Sequence record: DRR378314_281
Length of the DNA stretch: 38,118 bases
Reading direction: 5' to 3' (one strand)
Each line of letters starts with the position of its first letter. Position 1 is the stretch's first letter. Positions 8,631 through 17,177 of this stretch are shown here, piece by piece. The notes beneath the pieces are model-generated. The model did not search any database. It was not told where the DNA came from and saw only the letters and a program-made list of their open reading frames with translations. The translations under genes and the position numbers were made by a program.

Positions 8631-10349
8631 ATGACGTCCTGGATCCAAGCTGTGTTGCCCTTCCTGCAATGGCCCCGTCCCACCGGGCCGGCGCTGCGCA
8701 AGGACGCGGTCGCGGGTATCACCGTGGGTCTGGTGCTGATTCCGCAGGCGATCGCCTACGCCACCCTCGCCGGGATGCCGCCGATCACCGGTCTCTATGC
8801 CGCCCTGCTGCCCGGCATCATCGGCATTCTCTGGGGGTCGTCTTCACTGCTGGCGGTGGGTCCGGTGGCGCTGACCAGCCTGCTCACCTACGCGGCCCTG
8901 GCGCCGATGGCGGAGCCGGAGAGCCCGCACTGGGTGACCCTGGCGATCTGGCTCGCCCTCTACGCCGGCGTTATCCAGTTCCTGCTCGGCGCGCTGCGGC
9001 TCGGCGTGATCACCAACTTCGTCTCCAACGCGGTGATCACCGGCTTTCTGAACGCCGCCGCGCTGATCATTCTGGTGTCGCAGCTGCCCGCCCTGCTGGG
9101 CCTCTCCGGTGAGGGACTGCTCCCGGCGCTCAGACAACTGGCCGACCACGGCCTGCACCCCGACGCCGCCTGGTTATGGACTTTGCTGTTCGGCCCCGGC
9201 GCCTTACTGCTGTTATGGCTGCAGAAGCGTACCCTGCCGCGCTTTCCCGGCGTTCTTCTGGTGTGCGTGCTGGGCATCGCGCTCAGCGCCTGGCTGGGCT
9301 TTCAGGCGCTGGGCGGCGACGTGGTGGGGACCGTCCCCTCGGGCCTGCCGGTGCTGCAGTGGCCCGACGCCCTGACCATGGAGCAGCATCGCTCGCTGTT
9401 GCCGGCGGCGGTGATCATCGCGCTGATCAGCTTCACCGAGGCGATGTCCAGCGCACGGTCGCTGCCGTCGCCGGACGGGCGGCTGTGGAATCAGAACCAG
9501 GAACTGGTCGGCCAGGGGCTGGCCAAGGTGGCCAGCGGCCTGAGCGGCGCCTTCCCGGTAAGCGGCTCGTTTTCCCGTACCGCGCTGAATCGCTATGTGG
9601 GCGCCACCAGCGGTTGGTCGGCGCTGTTCGCGGCCCTCTGCACCCTGCTGTGTTTGCTGTTTTTCACCGGCTACCTGCAACACCTGCCCCGGGCGATCCT
9701 GGCGGCGATCATTATCGTGCCGGTATTCGGGCTGCTCGACCCGATGGCCTTTGTCCGCCTGTGGCGGGCCTCAGTGGACGACGGCCTAGTCGGCCTCGCC
9801 ACCTTCCTGGTCACGCTGGCCTCGGTGCCCTACCTGCACTGGGGGGTGCTCACCGGTTTCCTGCTGTCGATTCTGTTCTTCCTGTACCGGCGCTCGCACC
9901 CGCGCCTGATCGAGCTGGGCCTGCACGCCGCCGGCACCCTGCGCGACCGGGCCCTGCACGGCCTGCCGCCGGTGGCGCCGGGGGTGCTGGCGCTGCGCAT
10001 GGACGCCTCGCTGACCTACATCACCGCGCCGCTGCTGGACCGCTTTATCCGCGAGCGGCTGCGCGCCGAACCGGAGATCCGGGTGGTGCTGATCTGCGCC
10101 TCGGCGATGAACGCCATGGACGCCACCGGCGCCGACACCCTGGCCACCCTGCGCCGTGACCTGGGCCTGCGCGGCGTGCGGCTGACGCTCTCCGGCGTCA
10201 AGAAACAGGTTCGCGACGTGCTCGACCACACCGGCCTGATGGCGGAGCTGGGCGAGGACAATCTGTTCGTCAACAACCGGGAGGCGGTCGCCGCGCTGAG
10301 CGCCACCGGCGACCAGGCAGCGGGCGAAAATCGTCGAAGCGGGGACTGA
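8631..10349 (+). CDS. SulP/SLC26 anion transporter with a C-terminal STAS domain
   Basis: DAVAGITVGLVLIPQAIAYA, GLYAA, NQELVGQG, GSFSRT and STAS MDATG motifs. Start trimmed to ATG 8631. Confidence 0.93.
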   Translation: MTSWIQAVLPFLQWPRPTGPALRKDAVAGITVGLVLIPQAIAYATLAGMPPITGLYAALLPGIIGILWGSSSLLAVGPVALTSLLTYAALAPMAEPESPHWVTLAIWLALYAGVIQFLLGALRLGVITNFVSNAVITGFLNAAALIILVSQLPALLGLSGEGLLPALRQLADHGLHPDAAWLWTLLFGPGALLLLWLQKRTLPRFPGVLLVCVLGIALSAWLGFQALGGDVVGTVPSGLPVLQWPDALTMEQHRSLLPAAVIIALISFTEAMSSARSLPSPDGRLWNQNQELVGQGLAKVASGLSGAFPVSGSFSRTALNRYVGATSGWSALFAALCTLLCLLFFTGYLQHLPRAILAAIIIVPVFGLLDPMAFVRLWRASVDDGLVGLATFLVTLASVPYLHWGVLTGFLLSILFFLYRRSHPRLIELGLHAAGTLRDRALHGLPPVAPGVLALRMDASLTYITAPLLDRFIRERLRAEPEIRVVLICASAMNAMDATGADTLATLRRDLGLRGVRLTLSGVKKQVRDVLDHTGLMAELGEDNLFVNNREAVAALSATGDQAAGENRRSGD

Positions 10350-10415
10350 GTACCTGACAACGCCCGCCGTTTTGGCGAAGATAAGCCTCTTGCGGAGCAG
10401 GATGCCGATTCCCGT

Positions 10416-11087
10416 ATGAAACGATTCTTTCTCATCGCGCTGACGCTGGTGATCGCCGTCGGTGTGGCCTCTCAGTTGCGCTATCTGATCCCGGTGCTGG
10501 AACTGCGCGACCACAACCCGGACGACACCGCGTTCATGGAGCGCGCCCGGGAGCACGGCGCGGTGCGCTACGAGTGGCGGGACTACGAGCAGATCGCCGA
10601 CGACCTCAAGCGCGCGGTGCTGATTTCCGAGGACGCCCGCTTCATGGAGCACATCGGCTTCGACTGGCGCGGCATCCGCCATGCCATCGAGCGCAACGAG
10701 GAAGCGGGCCGCCCGGTGGCCGGTGGCTCCACGGTGACCCAGCAGCTGGCCAAGAACCTGTTCCTGAGCAGTGAAAAGTCCTACGCCCGCAAGATTCAGG
10801 AGGCCTTGATCGCGCTGATGCTGGAAGCGACCCTGTCCAAGAAGCGCATCCTGGAGCTGTATCTGAACACCGCCCAGTGGGGCAACCGCCTGTTCGGCGC
10901 CCAGGCCGCCGCCCGGCACTATTTCGACGTCGACGCGCAAACCCTGAGCCCGGCCCAGGCGGCGCAATTGGCGGTACTGCTGCCCCGCCCCAGCTATTAC
11001 GATGTGCGCGGCACCACCGTGTACGTCGAACAGCGCACACTGTGGATTCAGAAGCAGCTGCCGCTGGTCAGGATTCCACCACCCTGA
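10416..11087 (+). CDS. mtgA: Monofunctional peptidoglycan glycosyltransferase
   Basis: GT51 motifs EDARFMEH.GFD, GGSTVTQQLAKNLFL, RKIQE and KKRILELYLN; N-terminal TM anchor. Confidence 0.93.
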   Translation: MKRFFLIALTLVIAVGVASQLRYLIPVLELRDHNPDDTAFMERAREHGAVRYEWRDYEQIADDLKRAVLISEDARFMEHIGFDWRGIRHAIERNEEAGRPVAGGSTVTQQLAKNLFLSSEKSYARKIQEALIALMLEATLSKKRILELYLNTAQWGNRLFGAQAAARHYFDVDAQTLSPAQAAQLAVLLPRPSYYDVRGTTVYVEQRTLWIQKQLPLVRIPPP

Positions 11088-11099
11088 CCGCGGCGCGGC

Positions 11100-11127
11100 G
11101 AACTTATCCGCCGCCGGGGGACTCTGA
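11100..11127 (+). promoter_or_regulatory. SigmaE/AlgU-type promoter
   Basis: GAACTT-N17-TCTGA matches the RpoE/AlgU consensus and lies upstream of an envelope lipoprotein. Confidence 0.65.
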
Positions 11128-11198
11128 ACCCCATCCGCCGCCCCGCGGCCGCAACTACAATCCGACCGTCCGCTTTCCCGTAGTCCGGAGACCGCCCT

Positions 11199-12275
11199 AT
11201 GAGACCTGTTTGGTTCGCCCTGCCGTTGTTGTTCGCCCTCGCGGCCTGTGACAACACGGACACGCCGTCACCCGTGGAGCCCGTTTCGGCCCCATCGCCC
11301 GAGGACGCCACCGAGGCCCGCGACGGCCTGGCCGGCATCTGGCGGCCCGAGGGCGAGAACCCGCTGCACGCGCTGGTGCTGGAGAACGACGGCCAGCTCT
11401 ATCTGGTCGGCGACCACGGCCACCGCGGCGTGCGCTGGGAAAAACAGGACGACGACACCCTTTTGCTCAGCTACCTGAACACCCGCGACGACGACCCCCT
11501 GAACCAGGACCCGCTCACCATCACCCTGGAGAACCCGTCCCTGACGCTGGCCGGCGACGGCCCCTTCGCCGGTGACTACCGGCGCGACGCATCCGGCGTG
11601 GGCACCCTGGAAGGCCAGGTGGTGCTGCCCGACGACGCCGACATACCGGACACCAGCGTGCTGGTGCTGACCCTCCGGGACCAGGGCGCGGCGGACGCCA
11701 CCCCGGTGGTTCAACGGCTGACACGCCTGGTGGTCGAAGACGGCAAGATGCCGTTCCGGCTCTACTACAACGGCGACATGATCGACGACACGCACCGCTA
11801 CGTGGTGGACGCCCGCGTGATCCTGGACGGCGCCGTGCAGTTCACCACCACGGCGCCCCACCGGGTACTCAATGGCGCCTCGGACGGCCCGACCAGCCTG
11901 TCGCTGCACGCCGCCACCGCCGAGCCGCCGTTCGCCGACACCTACTGGAAACTGATCCAGGTGGGCGACGAGCAGACCCCGCCGCCCCGGGACCAGAACA
12001 CCCAGGCGCACCTGGTGTTTCACAGCGAGGGGCAGCGGGTGAAGGGCAGCACCGGCTGCAACAGTCTTTCCGGCGGCTACCAAAACGACGACGGCCGTCT
12101 TACCCTGGAAGCCTTGGCCACCACCAAGCGCGCCTGCAGCGGCCCGGATCAGGCCCAGGCCTTCACCGACGCCCTGGAGCGCACCCGGCGGTTCGAGATC
12201 CAGGGGCAGCGCCTGATGCTGTACGGCGAGGGCGAGCAGGCGCTGGCGATTCTGCAAGCGGAGTATCTGTTCTGA
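11199..12275 (+). CDS. Multidomain lipoprotein: N-terminal beta domain, YbaY/YscW-like domain and META (HslJ-like) domain
   Basis: Lipobox LAAC. LEGQV..LVLTLRD..PFRLYY..YVVDARV is YbaY-like. DTYWKL..GSTGCN..ATTKRAC is META-like. Confidence 0.8.
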   Translation: MRPVWFALPLLFALAACDNTDTPSPVEPVSAPSPEDATEARDGLAGIWRPEGENPLHALVLENDGQLYLVGDHGHRGVRWEKQDDDTLLLSYLNTRDDDPLNQDPLTITLENPSLTLAGDGPFAGDYRRDASGVGTLEGQVVLPDDADIPDTSVLVLTLRDQGAADATPVVQRLTRLVVEDGKMPFRLYYNGDMIDDTHRYVVDARVILDGAVQFTTTAPHRVLNGASDGPTSLSLHAATAEPPFADTYWKLIQVGDEQTPPPRDQNTQAHLVFHSEGQRVKGSTGCNSLSGGYQNDDGRLTLEALATTKRACSGPDQAQAFTDALERTRRFEIQGQRLMLYGEGEQALAILQAEYLF

Positions 12276-12967
12276 TGCGCGTTCACTACTTGTCCCATGT
12301 ACCGTTCGAAAAGCTCGGCACCATGGAAACCTGGCTGGAACAGCGCGGCGCGCGACTGTCCGCCACCCGCTTTTACCAGGGCGAACCGCTGCCCGAACCG
12401 GAGCAGCTGGATACCCTGATCGTAATGGGCGGCCCCATGGGCGCCGACGACGAAGCCCGCTACCCGTGGATGGCGGCGGAAAAGCGTTTTATCGAACAGT
12501 GCATCGCGGCGGACAAAAAAGTGCTGGGGGTGTGTCTCGGCGCGCAACTGATCGCCCGCGTGCTGGGCGCGCCGGTGACCGCCAACCCGGAGCCGGAGAT
12601 CGGCTGGTTTCCGGTGCAGAGCACCGACGCCGGGCGGCACGATCCGATCGGCGCCCTGTTCGATGACGGCGCGCCGGTACTGCATTGGCACGGCGATACT
12701 TTCGCGATTCCCGACGGCGCCGTGCATCTGGCGCGCAGCTGGGGCTGCGAAAACCAGGCATTCCGGTTCGGCGACCGGGTGCTGGCGCTGCAGTTTCATC
12801 TGGAGCTGGGTGAGCACGAGGCGCGCGCGCTGTGTCGCGAATGCGCCGACGAACTCAAGGACGGGCCCTGGATTCAGAGCGAAGCGGAGATGCTCGCGGA
12901 CCCGGCCCGCTTCAGCGCCGCGCAGCGACGCCTGGGCCGGGTTCTGGAGACGTTTCTGGAGATCTGA
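12275..12967 (+). CDS. Stand-alone class I glutamine amidotransferase (GMP-synthase-like)
   Basis: MGGPM, GVCLGAQ (Cys nucleophile), WHGDTF and QFHLE triad; TGATG overlap with the upstream gene. Confidence 0.9.
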   Translation: MRVHYLSHVPFEKLGTMETWLEQRGARLSATRFYQGEPLPEPEQLDTLIVMGGPMGADDEARYPWMAAEKRFIEQCIAADKKVLGVCLGAQLIARVLGAPVTANPEPEIGWFPVQSTDAGRHDPIGALFDDGAPVLHWHGDTFAIPDGAVHLARSWGCENQAFRFGDRVLALQFHLELGEHEARALCRECADELKDGPWIQSEAEMLADPARFSAAQRRLGRVLETFLEI

Positions 12968-12979
12968 ACCGACGGCGGC

Positions 12980-14665
12980 TCAGGCCTGGGCCCGGGCCGG
13001 CGCCTCCACGTCGGCGGTTTCCGCCACCCGACCGGCGGCGCACAGGATCGCCTGCAACGCCGCGGCGGTGGTGTCGGCGGCCAGCGCCACCGCGCTCTGC
13101 ACCCGCTCACCGACACGCACCCGCACACAGGCCATGGCGTTGGCTTCGGTGTCATCGCCCAGGGACGACTCATCGAAAGCCTCCACGCGGATCTGCCAGC
13201 CGTGGCGACGGTTGAGCGCGTCCACCAGGGCGCCCACCGCCCCTTCACCCTGACCGTTGAGATCCACCGTGTCGCCTTTTTCGCCGACACTGATGCTCGC
13301 TTTGACGCCGGCGTCGGTGCGGTGCAGATCGTAGGAGCGCAGCGTCCAACCCGCCGGCACGTTCAGGTAGTCGCCGTTAAAGCGACGGTGAATGCGCTCG
13401 CCGGTGATCTCGCCGCCGTCTTCCTCGGCGTCCTGCTGCACCACCAGCGCCAGCTCCTGCTGCAACCAGCGCGGCAGCGTCAGGCCGAAGTCCCGCTCCA
13501 GCACATGGGCGACGCCGCCCTTGCCGGACTGGGAGTTGATGCGCACCACTTCCTCGTAGCGGCGGCCCAGATCGTGGGGGTCGATGGGCAGGTACGCCAC
13601 GCGCCAGGTGTCGCCCGGCTTGTACTGGGCCAGACACTTGCGGATCGCATCCTGGTGGCTGCCGGAGAAGGCGGTGAACACCAGATCGCCGGCGTACGGG
13701 TGACGCGGATGGGTCTGGATCTCGGTGATCTCCTCCACCAGCGCGATGATCTCCTTCATGCGCGAGAAGTCGATTTCCGGGTCGATGCCCTGGGCATAGA
13801 GGTTCATGCCCGCGGTCACCAGGTCCATGTTGCCGGTGCGCTCGCCGTTGCCCAGCAGGGTGCCTTCCACCCGGTCGGCGCCGGCCATCACCGCCAGTTC
13901 CGCCGCCGCCACGCCGCAGCCACGGTCGTCGTGGGTGTGGACGCTGATCAGCACGTGCTCGCGGTAACGGATGTTGTCGTTGACCGTTTCCACCTGGTCG
14001 GCGAACACATTGGGCGTGCTCACTTCCACGGTGGCGGGCAGGTTGATGATCACCCGCTGGCCCTGGTCCGGGCGCCACACGTCGTTGACCGCGTCGATCA
14101 CCTCAATGGCGAAATCGGTCTCGGTGGCACTGAAGGTCTCCGGTGAATACTGGAAGCTCCAGTCGGTGTCCGGCTGGGCGGCGGCGCAATCCCGCACCCA
14201 CTGGGCGGCCTGGGCGGCGATCTTCTTGCAGCCCTCTTTGTCCACATTGAACACCTGCTGACGGAACGTCGGCGAGGTGGCGTTGTAGATGTGGACGATC
14301 GCCTTCTTCGCACCCTGCAGCGATTCGAAGGTGCGCTCGATCAGCTCCTGGCGCGCCTGGGTCAGCACTTGGATGCTGACGTCGTCGGGCACCAGGTCAT
14401 CCTCGATCAGGGCCCGGCAGAAATCGTAGTCAATCTGACTGGCGGACGGGAAACCCACCTCGATTTCCTTATAGCCGAGCTCCACCAGCAACTGGAAAAA
14501 GCGCTTCTTCTGAGCCACGTTCATCGGCTTGATCAACGCCTGGTTGCCGTCGCGCAGGTCCACCGCCGCCCATAGGGGGGCTTTCTCGATGCGGCGGGAC
14601 GGCCAGCGGCGGTCCGGCTTATCGACGACGGGGAAAGGCGCGTATTTGCGATGATCAAAACTCAT
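12980..14665 (-). CDS. leuA: 2-isopropylmalate synthase (LeuA type 2, yeast/Pseudomonas-like)
   Basis: DLRDGNQAL, HTHDDRG, GNGERTGN, AFSGSHQDAI and IRINSQSGKGG-like motifs; C-terminal regulatory domain; AAGGAG RBS. Confidence 0.96.
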   Translation of the reverse strand: MSFDHRKYAPFPVVDKPDRRWPSRRIEKAPLWAAVDLRDGNQALIKPMNVAQKKRFFQLLVELGYKEIEVGFPSASQIDYDFCRALIEDDLVPDDVSIQVLTQARQELIERTFESLQGAKKAIVHIYNATSPTFRQQVFNVDKEGCKKIAAQAAQWVRDCAAAQPDTDWSFQYSPETFSATETDFAIEVIDAVNDVWRPDQGQRVIINLPATVEVSTPNVFADQVETVNDNIRYREHVLISVHTHDDRGCGVAAAELAVMAGADRVEGTLLGNGERTGNMDLVTAGMNLYAQGIDPEIDFSRMKEIIALVEEITEIQTHPRHPYAGDLVFTAFSGSHQDAIRKCLAQYKPGDTWRVAYLPIDPHDLGRRYEEVVRINSQSGKGGVAHVLERDFGLTLPRWLQQELALVVQQDAEEDGGEITGERIHRRFNGDYLNVPAGWTLRSYDLHRTDAGVKASISVGEKGDTVDLNGQGEGAVGALVDALNRRHGWQIRVEAFDESSLGDDTEANAMACVRVRVGERVQSAVALAADTTAAALQAILCAAGRVAETADVEAPARAQA

Positions 14666-14939
14666 GACGGACTCCTTGAATTCGGTATGCCTGGGCCGGG
14701 TCCGGGATCGCCGGTGTGTTGGCCGCGCGGCTGATCAAGCCGTGGCGTTGGGTTCGGTACCGACCCCCGCCCGGTAAGGCGGAGGCCCGTGACCGACTGC
14801 GGTCCGGCTTATGGCCTTCCCGCAGCGACAGGACACAGTCTAGGCGCCTGGCCCGGCAATGTGCTTGCTTTTTACCGGAATATTCGCCACTTTTAGCAAT
14901 GAAAGAGCCAGAAACCACCGAGACGCGAGGGTTTATTGC

Positions 14940-15431
14940 GTGGCCAAGGAAAAACCGGCAAATCTCGACCGTACCGACGTGCGTATCCTGCGCGCCTTGC
15001 AGCAGGACGGCGGCCTCACCAACCAGCAGCTGGCGGAACAGGTCGGCCTGTCCCCCTCACCCTGCTCGCGGCGTGTGCAGAAGCTGGAACAGGCGGGCGT
15101 GATCCTGCGCCGGGAAACCGTGCTCGACCCGCGCAAGCTGGGGCTCGACCTCACCGTGATGATCCAGATCAGCATGGACCGCCACACCCCGGAGCGCTTC
15201 GCCAATTTCGAAGCCACAGTGGGCGAGTACCCGGAAGTGCAGCAGTGCTATCTGGTCACCGGCCAGGAGGCGGACTACCTGCTTAAGGTGGTGGTGCCGG
15301 ATATCGACCATTACCAGCAGTTCCTGCTTAACAAGATCACCCGCATCGAGGGCGTCAGCGGCGTCCACTCCAGCTTCGTCATGCGCCGGGTGATCGACAC
15401 TTCCGCCCTGCCGCTGGATTACATCGATTAA
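14940..15431 (+). CDS. Lrp/AsnC family transcriptional regulator, divergent from leuA
   Basis: LDRTDVRIL..LAEQVGLSPSPCSRRV HTH and VTGQEADYLLKV ligand domain. Start trimmed to GTG 14940. Confidence 0.93.
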   Translation: MAKEKPANLDRTDVRILRALQQDGGLTNQQLAEQVGLSPSPCSRRVQKLEQAGVILRRETVLDPRKLGLDLTVMIQISMDRHTPERFANFEATVGEYPEVQQCYLVTGQEADYLLKVVVPDIDHYQQFLLNKITRIEGVSGVHSSFVMRRVIDTSALPLDYID

Positions 15432-15462
15432 GTCGCGACGCGCATCCTGTTACCCTGACACC

Positions 15463-15924
15463 ATGAAACAGCTACTGATCGTCGCGCACGCGCCGTCGCC
15501 GAACACCCGCCGGCTGGTGGACGCCGCCCTGAAGGGGGCCGGCCACCCGGACATCGAGCAGGTGTCGGTGACCTGGAAGCCGCCCCTGGAGGCGGGTCCG
15601 GAGGACGTGCTGGCCTGCGACGCCATTCTGCTCGGTACCACCGAGAATCTGGGCTATATGAGCGGCGCGCTGAAGGACTTCTTTGACCGCACCTACTACG
15701 CGGTGATCGACGACAAGCAGGGGCTGCCCTGCGCGCTTTATATCCGCGCCGGCCTGGACGGCACCGGCACCCGACGGGCGGTGGAGTCCATCGTCACCGG
15801 CCTGCGCTGGAACTGGGTGCAGGACCCGCTGGTGTGCAAGGGCGAGTGGCAGGACGCCTTCGCCGACCAGGTGGAAGAGCTGGGCATGTACATGGCCGCC
15901 GGGCTGGATTCCGGCATCTTCTAG
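15463..15924 (+). CDS. Flavodoxin-like / NAD(P)H-dependent FMN reductase family protein
   Basis: HAPSPNT phosphate loop; GTTENLGYMSGALKDFFDR. Confidence 0.85.
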   Translation: MKQLLIVAHAPSPNTRRLVDAALKGAGHPDIEQVSVTWKPPLEAGPEDVLACDAILLGTTENLGYMSGALKDFFDRTYYAVIDDKQGLPCALYIRAGLDGTGTRRAVESIVTGLRWNWVQDPLVCKGEWQDAFADQVEELGMYMAAGLDSGIF

Positions 15925-16025
15925 TTTTACCCCGGCGCCAGGCGCCCATGTCGCTTCGGCGACGGCCAGTTTCGATCCTCCCCGCTACACTTCGCGGCCC
16001 CGAAAACGGCTCGCAGGATTGAATC

Positions 16026-17165
16026 ATGGCCATGTTGTCGGCGCCCTCGGTGCCGTCTCTGAAATCCGCCCGCCGCTGGCTCGGCAACGCCGGCCAGCGT
16101 CTGTTCCGCAGCGACGCCCTGGTGCAGGCCGACGCCACGCCGTTTCAGGTGATCAGCGATGACGGCCTGGTGCAGTTGCGCTATTACCCGCCGCTGCGGG
16201 ACACCGAGATCGAACTGGACAACGGCGAGGTGGTGCCGGTCAGCACTCGCACCCAGCGTACGCCGCTGGTACTGGTGCCGCCGCTGGCGGTGAACATGCT
16301 GATCTACGATCTGTTCCCAAGGCGCAGCCTGGTGCGCTATCTGCGCGCACGGGGCTTCGAGCTCTACCTGGTGGACTGGGGGCGGCCCGGGCGGGCGGAG
16401 AACCATCACAGCCTGGCCACCTACTTCGCGGAAAAGCTGCCGGCGCTGCTGGAACGGGTGCGCGAGCACAGCGGCGAGCGCCGCCTGAGCCTGCACGGCT
16501 GGAGCTTCGGCGGCCTGTTCAGCCTCTGCTACGCGGGGCTCGGGCAGGACCCGGACCTCGCCAATCTGGTGCTGGTGGGCACGCCCACGGACTATCACCG
16601 CAACGGCGCCCTGGGCAAACAGTACCGGCGCCTGAGCCGCAACCTGAAGTGGCTGCGCCGGCGTACCGGGCTGCGCGCCCATGACTTCAATCCGGCCTGG
16701 CTGCGGTCACCGGGGTGGGCCAACAGCCTGGCGTTCAAGCTGACCAACCCGGTGGCCAGCGTGCAGGGCTACTGGAACCTGGTGAAGAACCTGCACGACC
16801 GGGATTTCGTCAGCGCCCACGCCACCAACGGCGCCTTTCTGAACGACATGGTCGCCTACCCCGGCGGCGTGATTCAGGACATCATTCACTATCTGTGGGT
16901 GGATAATGTGGTGGCCCGGGGCCAGCTGCCGATACCCGGCGGCGGCGGTCAGCTGAGCCGCGTGCAGGCCAGCATCCTCAATATCACCGGCGCCGGCGAC
17001 CCCATCGTCACCCGGGATTGCAGCCACGCCATGGATACCCTGGTGGGCAGCCGGGACAAGAGCTACGTCACCATCCCCGGCGGCCATATGGGCATTCTCG
17101 GCGGCGCCACCGCCCAGCAGGAGAGCTGGGCGATGATCGCCGACTGGCTGCGCCAGCGGGACTAG
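16026..17165 (+). CDS. PhaC (class III PHA synthase)-like alpha/beta hydrolase with a Ser nucleophile
   Basis: PLVLVPPL..IYDL.P.RSLVRYL..GF.LYLVDWG; HGWSFGG lipase box; GAGDPIV (Asp) and GGHMG (His). Confidence 0.85.
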   Translation: MAMLSAPSVPSLKSARRWLGNAGQRLFRSDALVQADATPFQVISDDGLVQLRYYPPLRDTEIELDNGEVVPVSTRTQRTPLVLVPPLAVNMLIYDLFPRRSLVRYLRARGFELYLVDWGRPGRAENHHSLATYFAEKLPALLERVREHSGERRLSLHGWSFGGLFSLCYAGLGQDPDLANLVLVGTPTDYHRNGALGKQYRRLSRNLKWLRRRTGLRAHDFNPAWLRSPGWANSLAFKLTNPVASVQGYWNLVKNLHDRDFVSAHATNGAFLNDMVAYPGGVIQDIIHYLWVDNVVARGQLPIPGGGGQLSRVQASILNITGAGDPIVTRDCSHAMDTLVGSRDKSYVTIPGGHMGILGGATAQQESWAMIADWLRQRD

Positions 17166-17177
17166 CCGGACCGACCG

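Noticed and set aside
8475-13000. Genomic island integrated at the ssrA 3' end
   Set aside because: No integrase, the native terminator follows directly, I noticed no duplicated ssrA 3' end, and downstream genes look host-like. The site appears empty.
14666-14860. Leu attenuator peptide, or SAH/cobalamin riboswitch, upstream of leuA
   Set aside because: No Leu-codon run with a start codon, no U-tailed terminator, and only fragmentary similarity to riboswitch consensus motifs.
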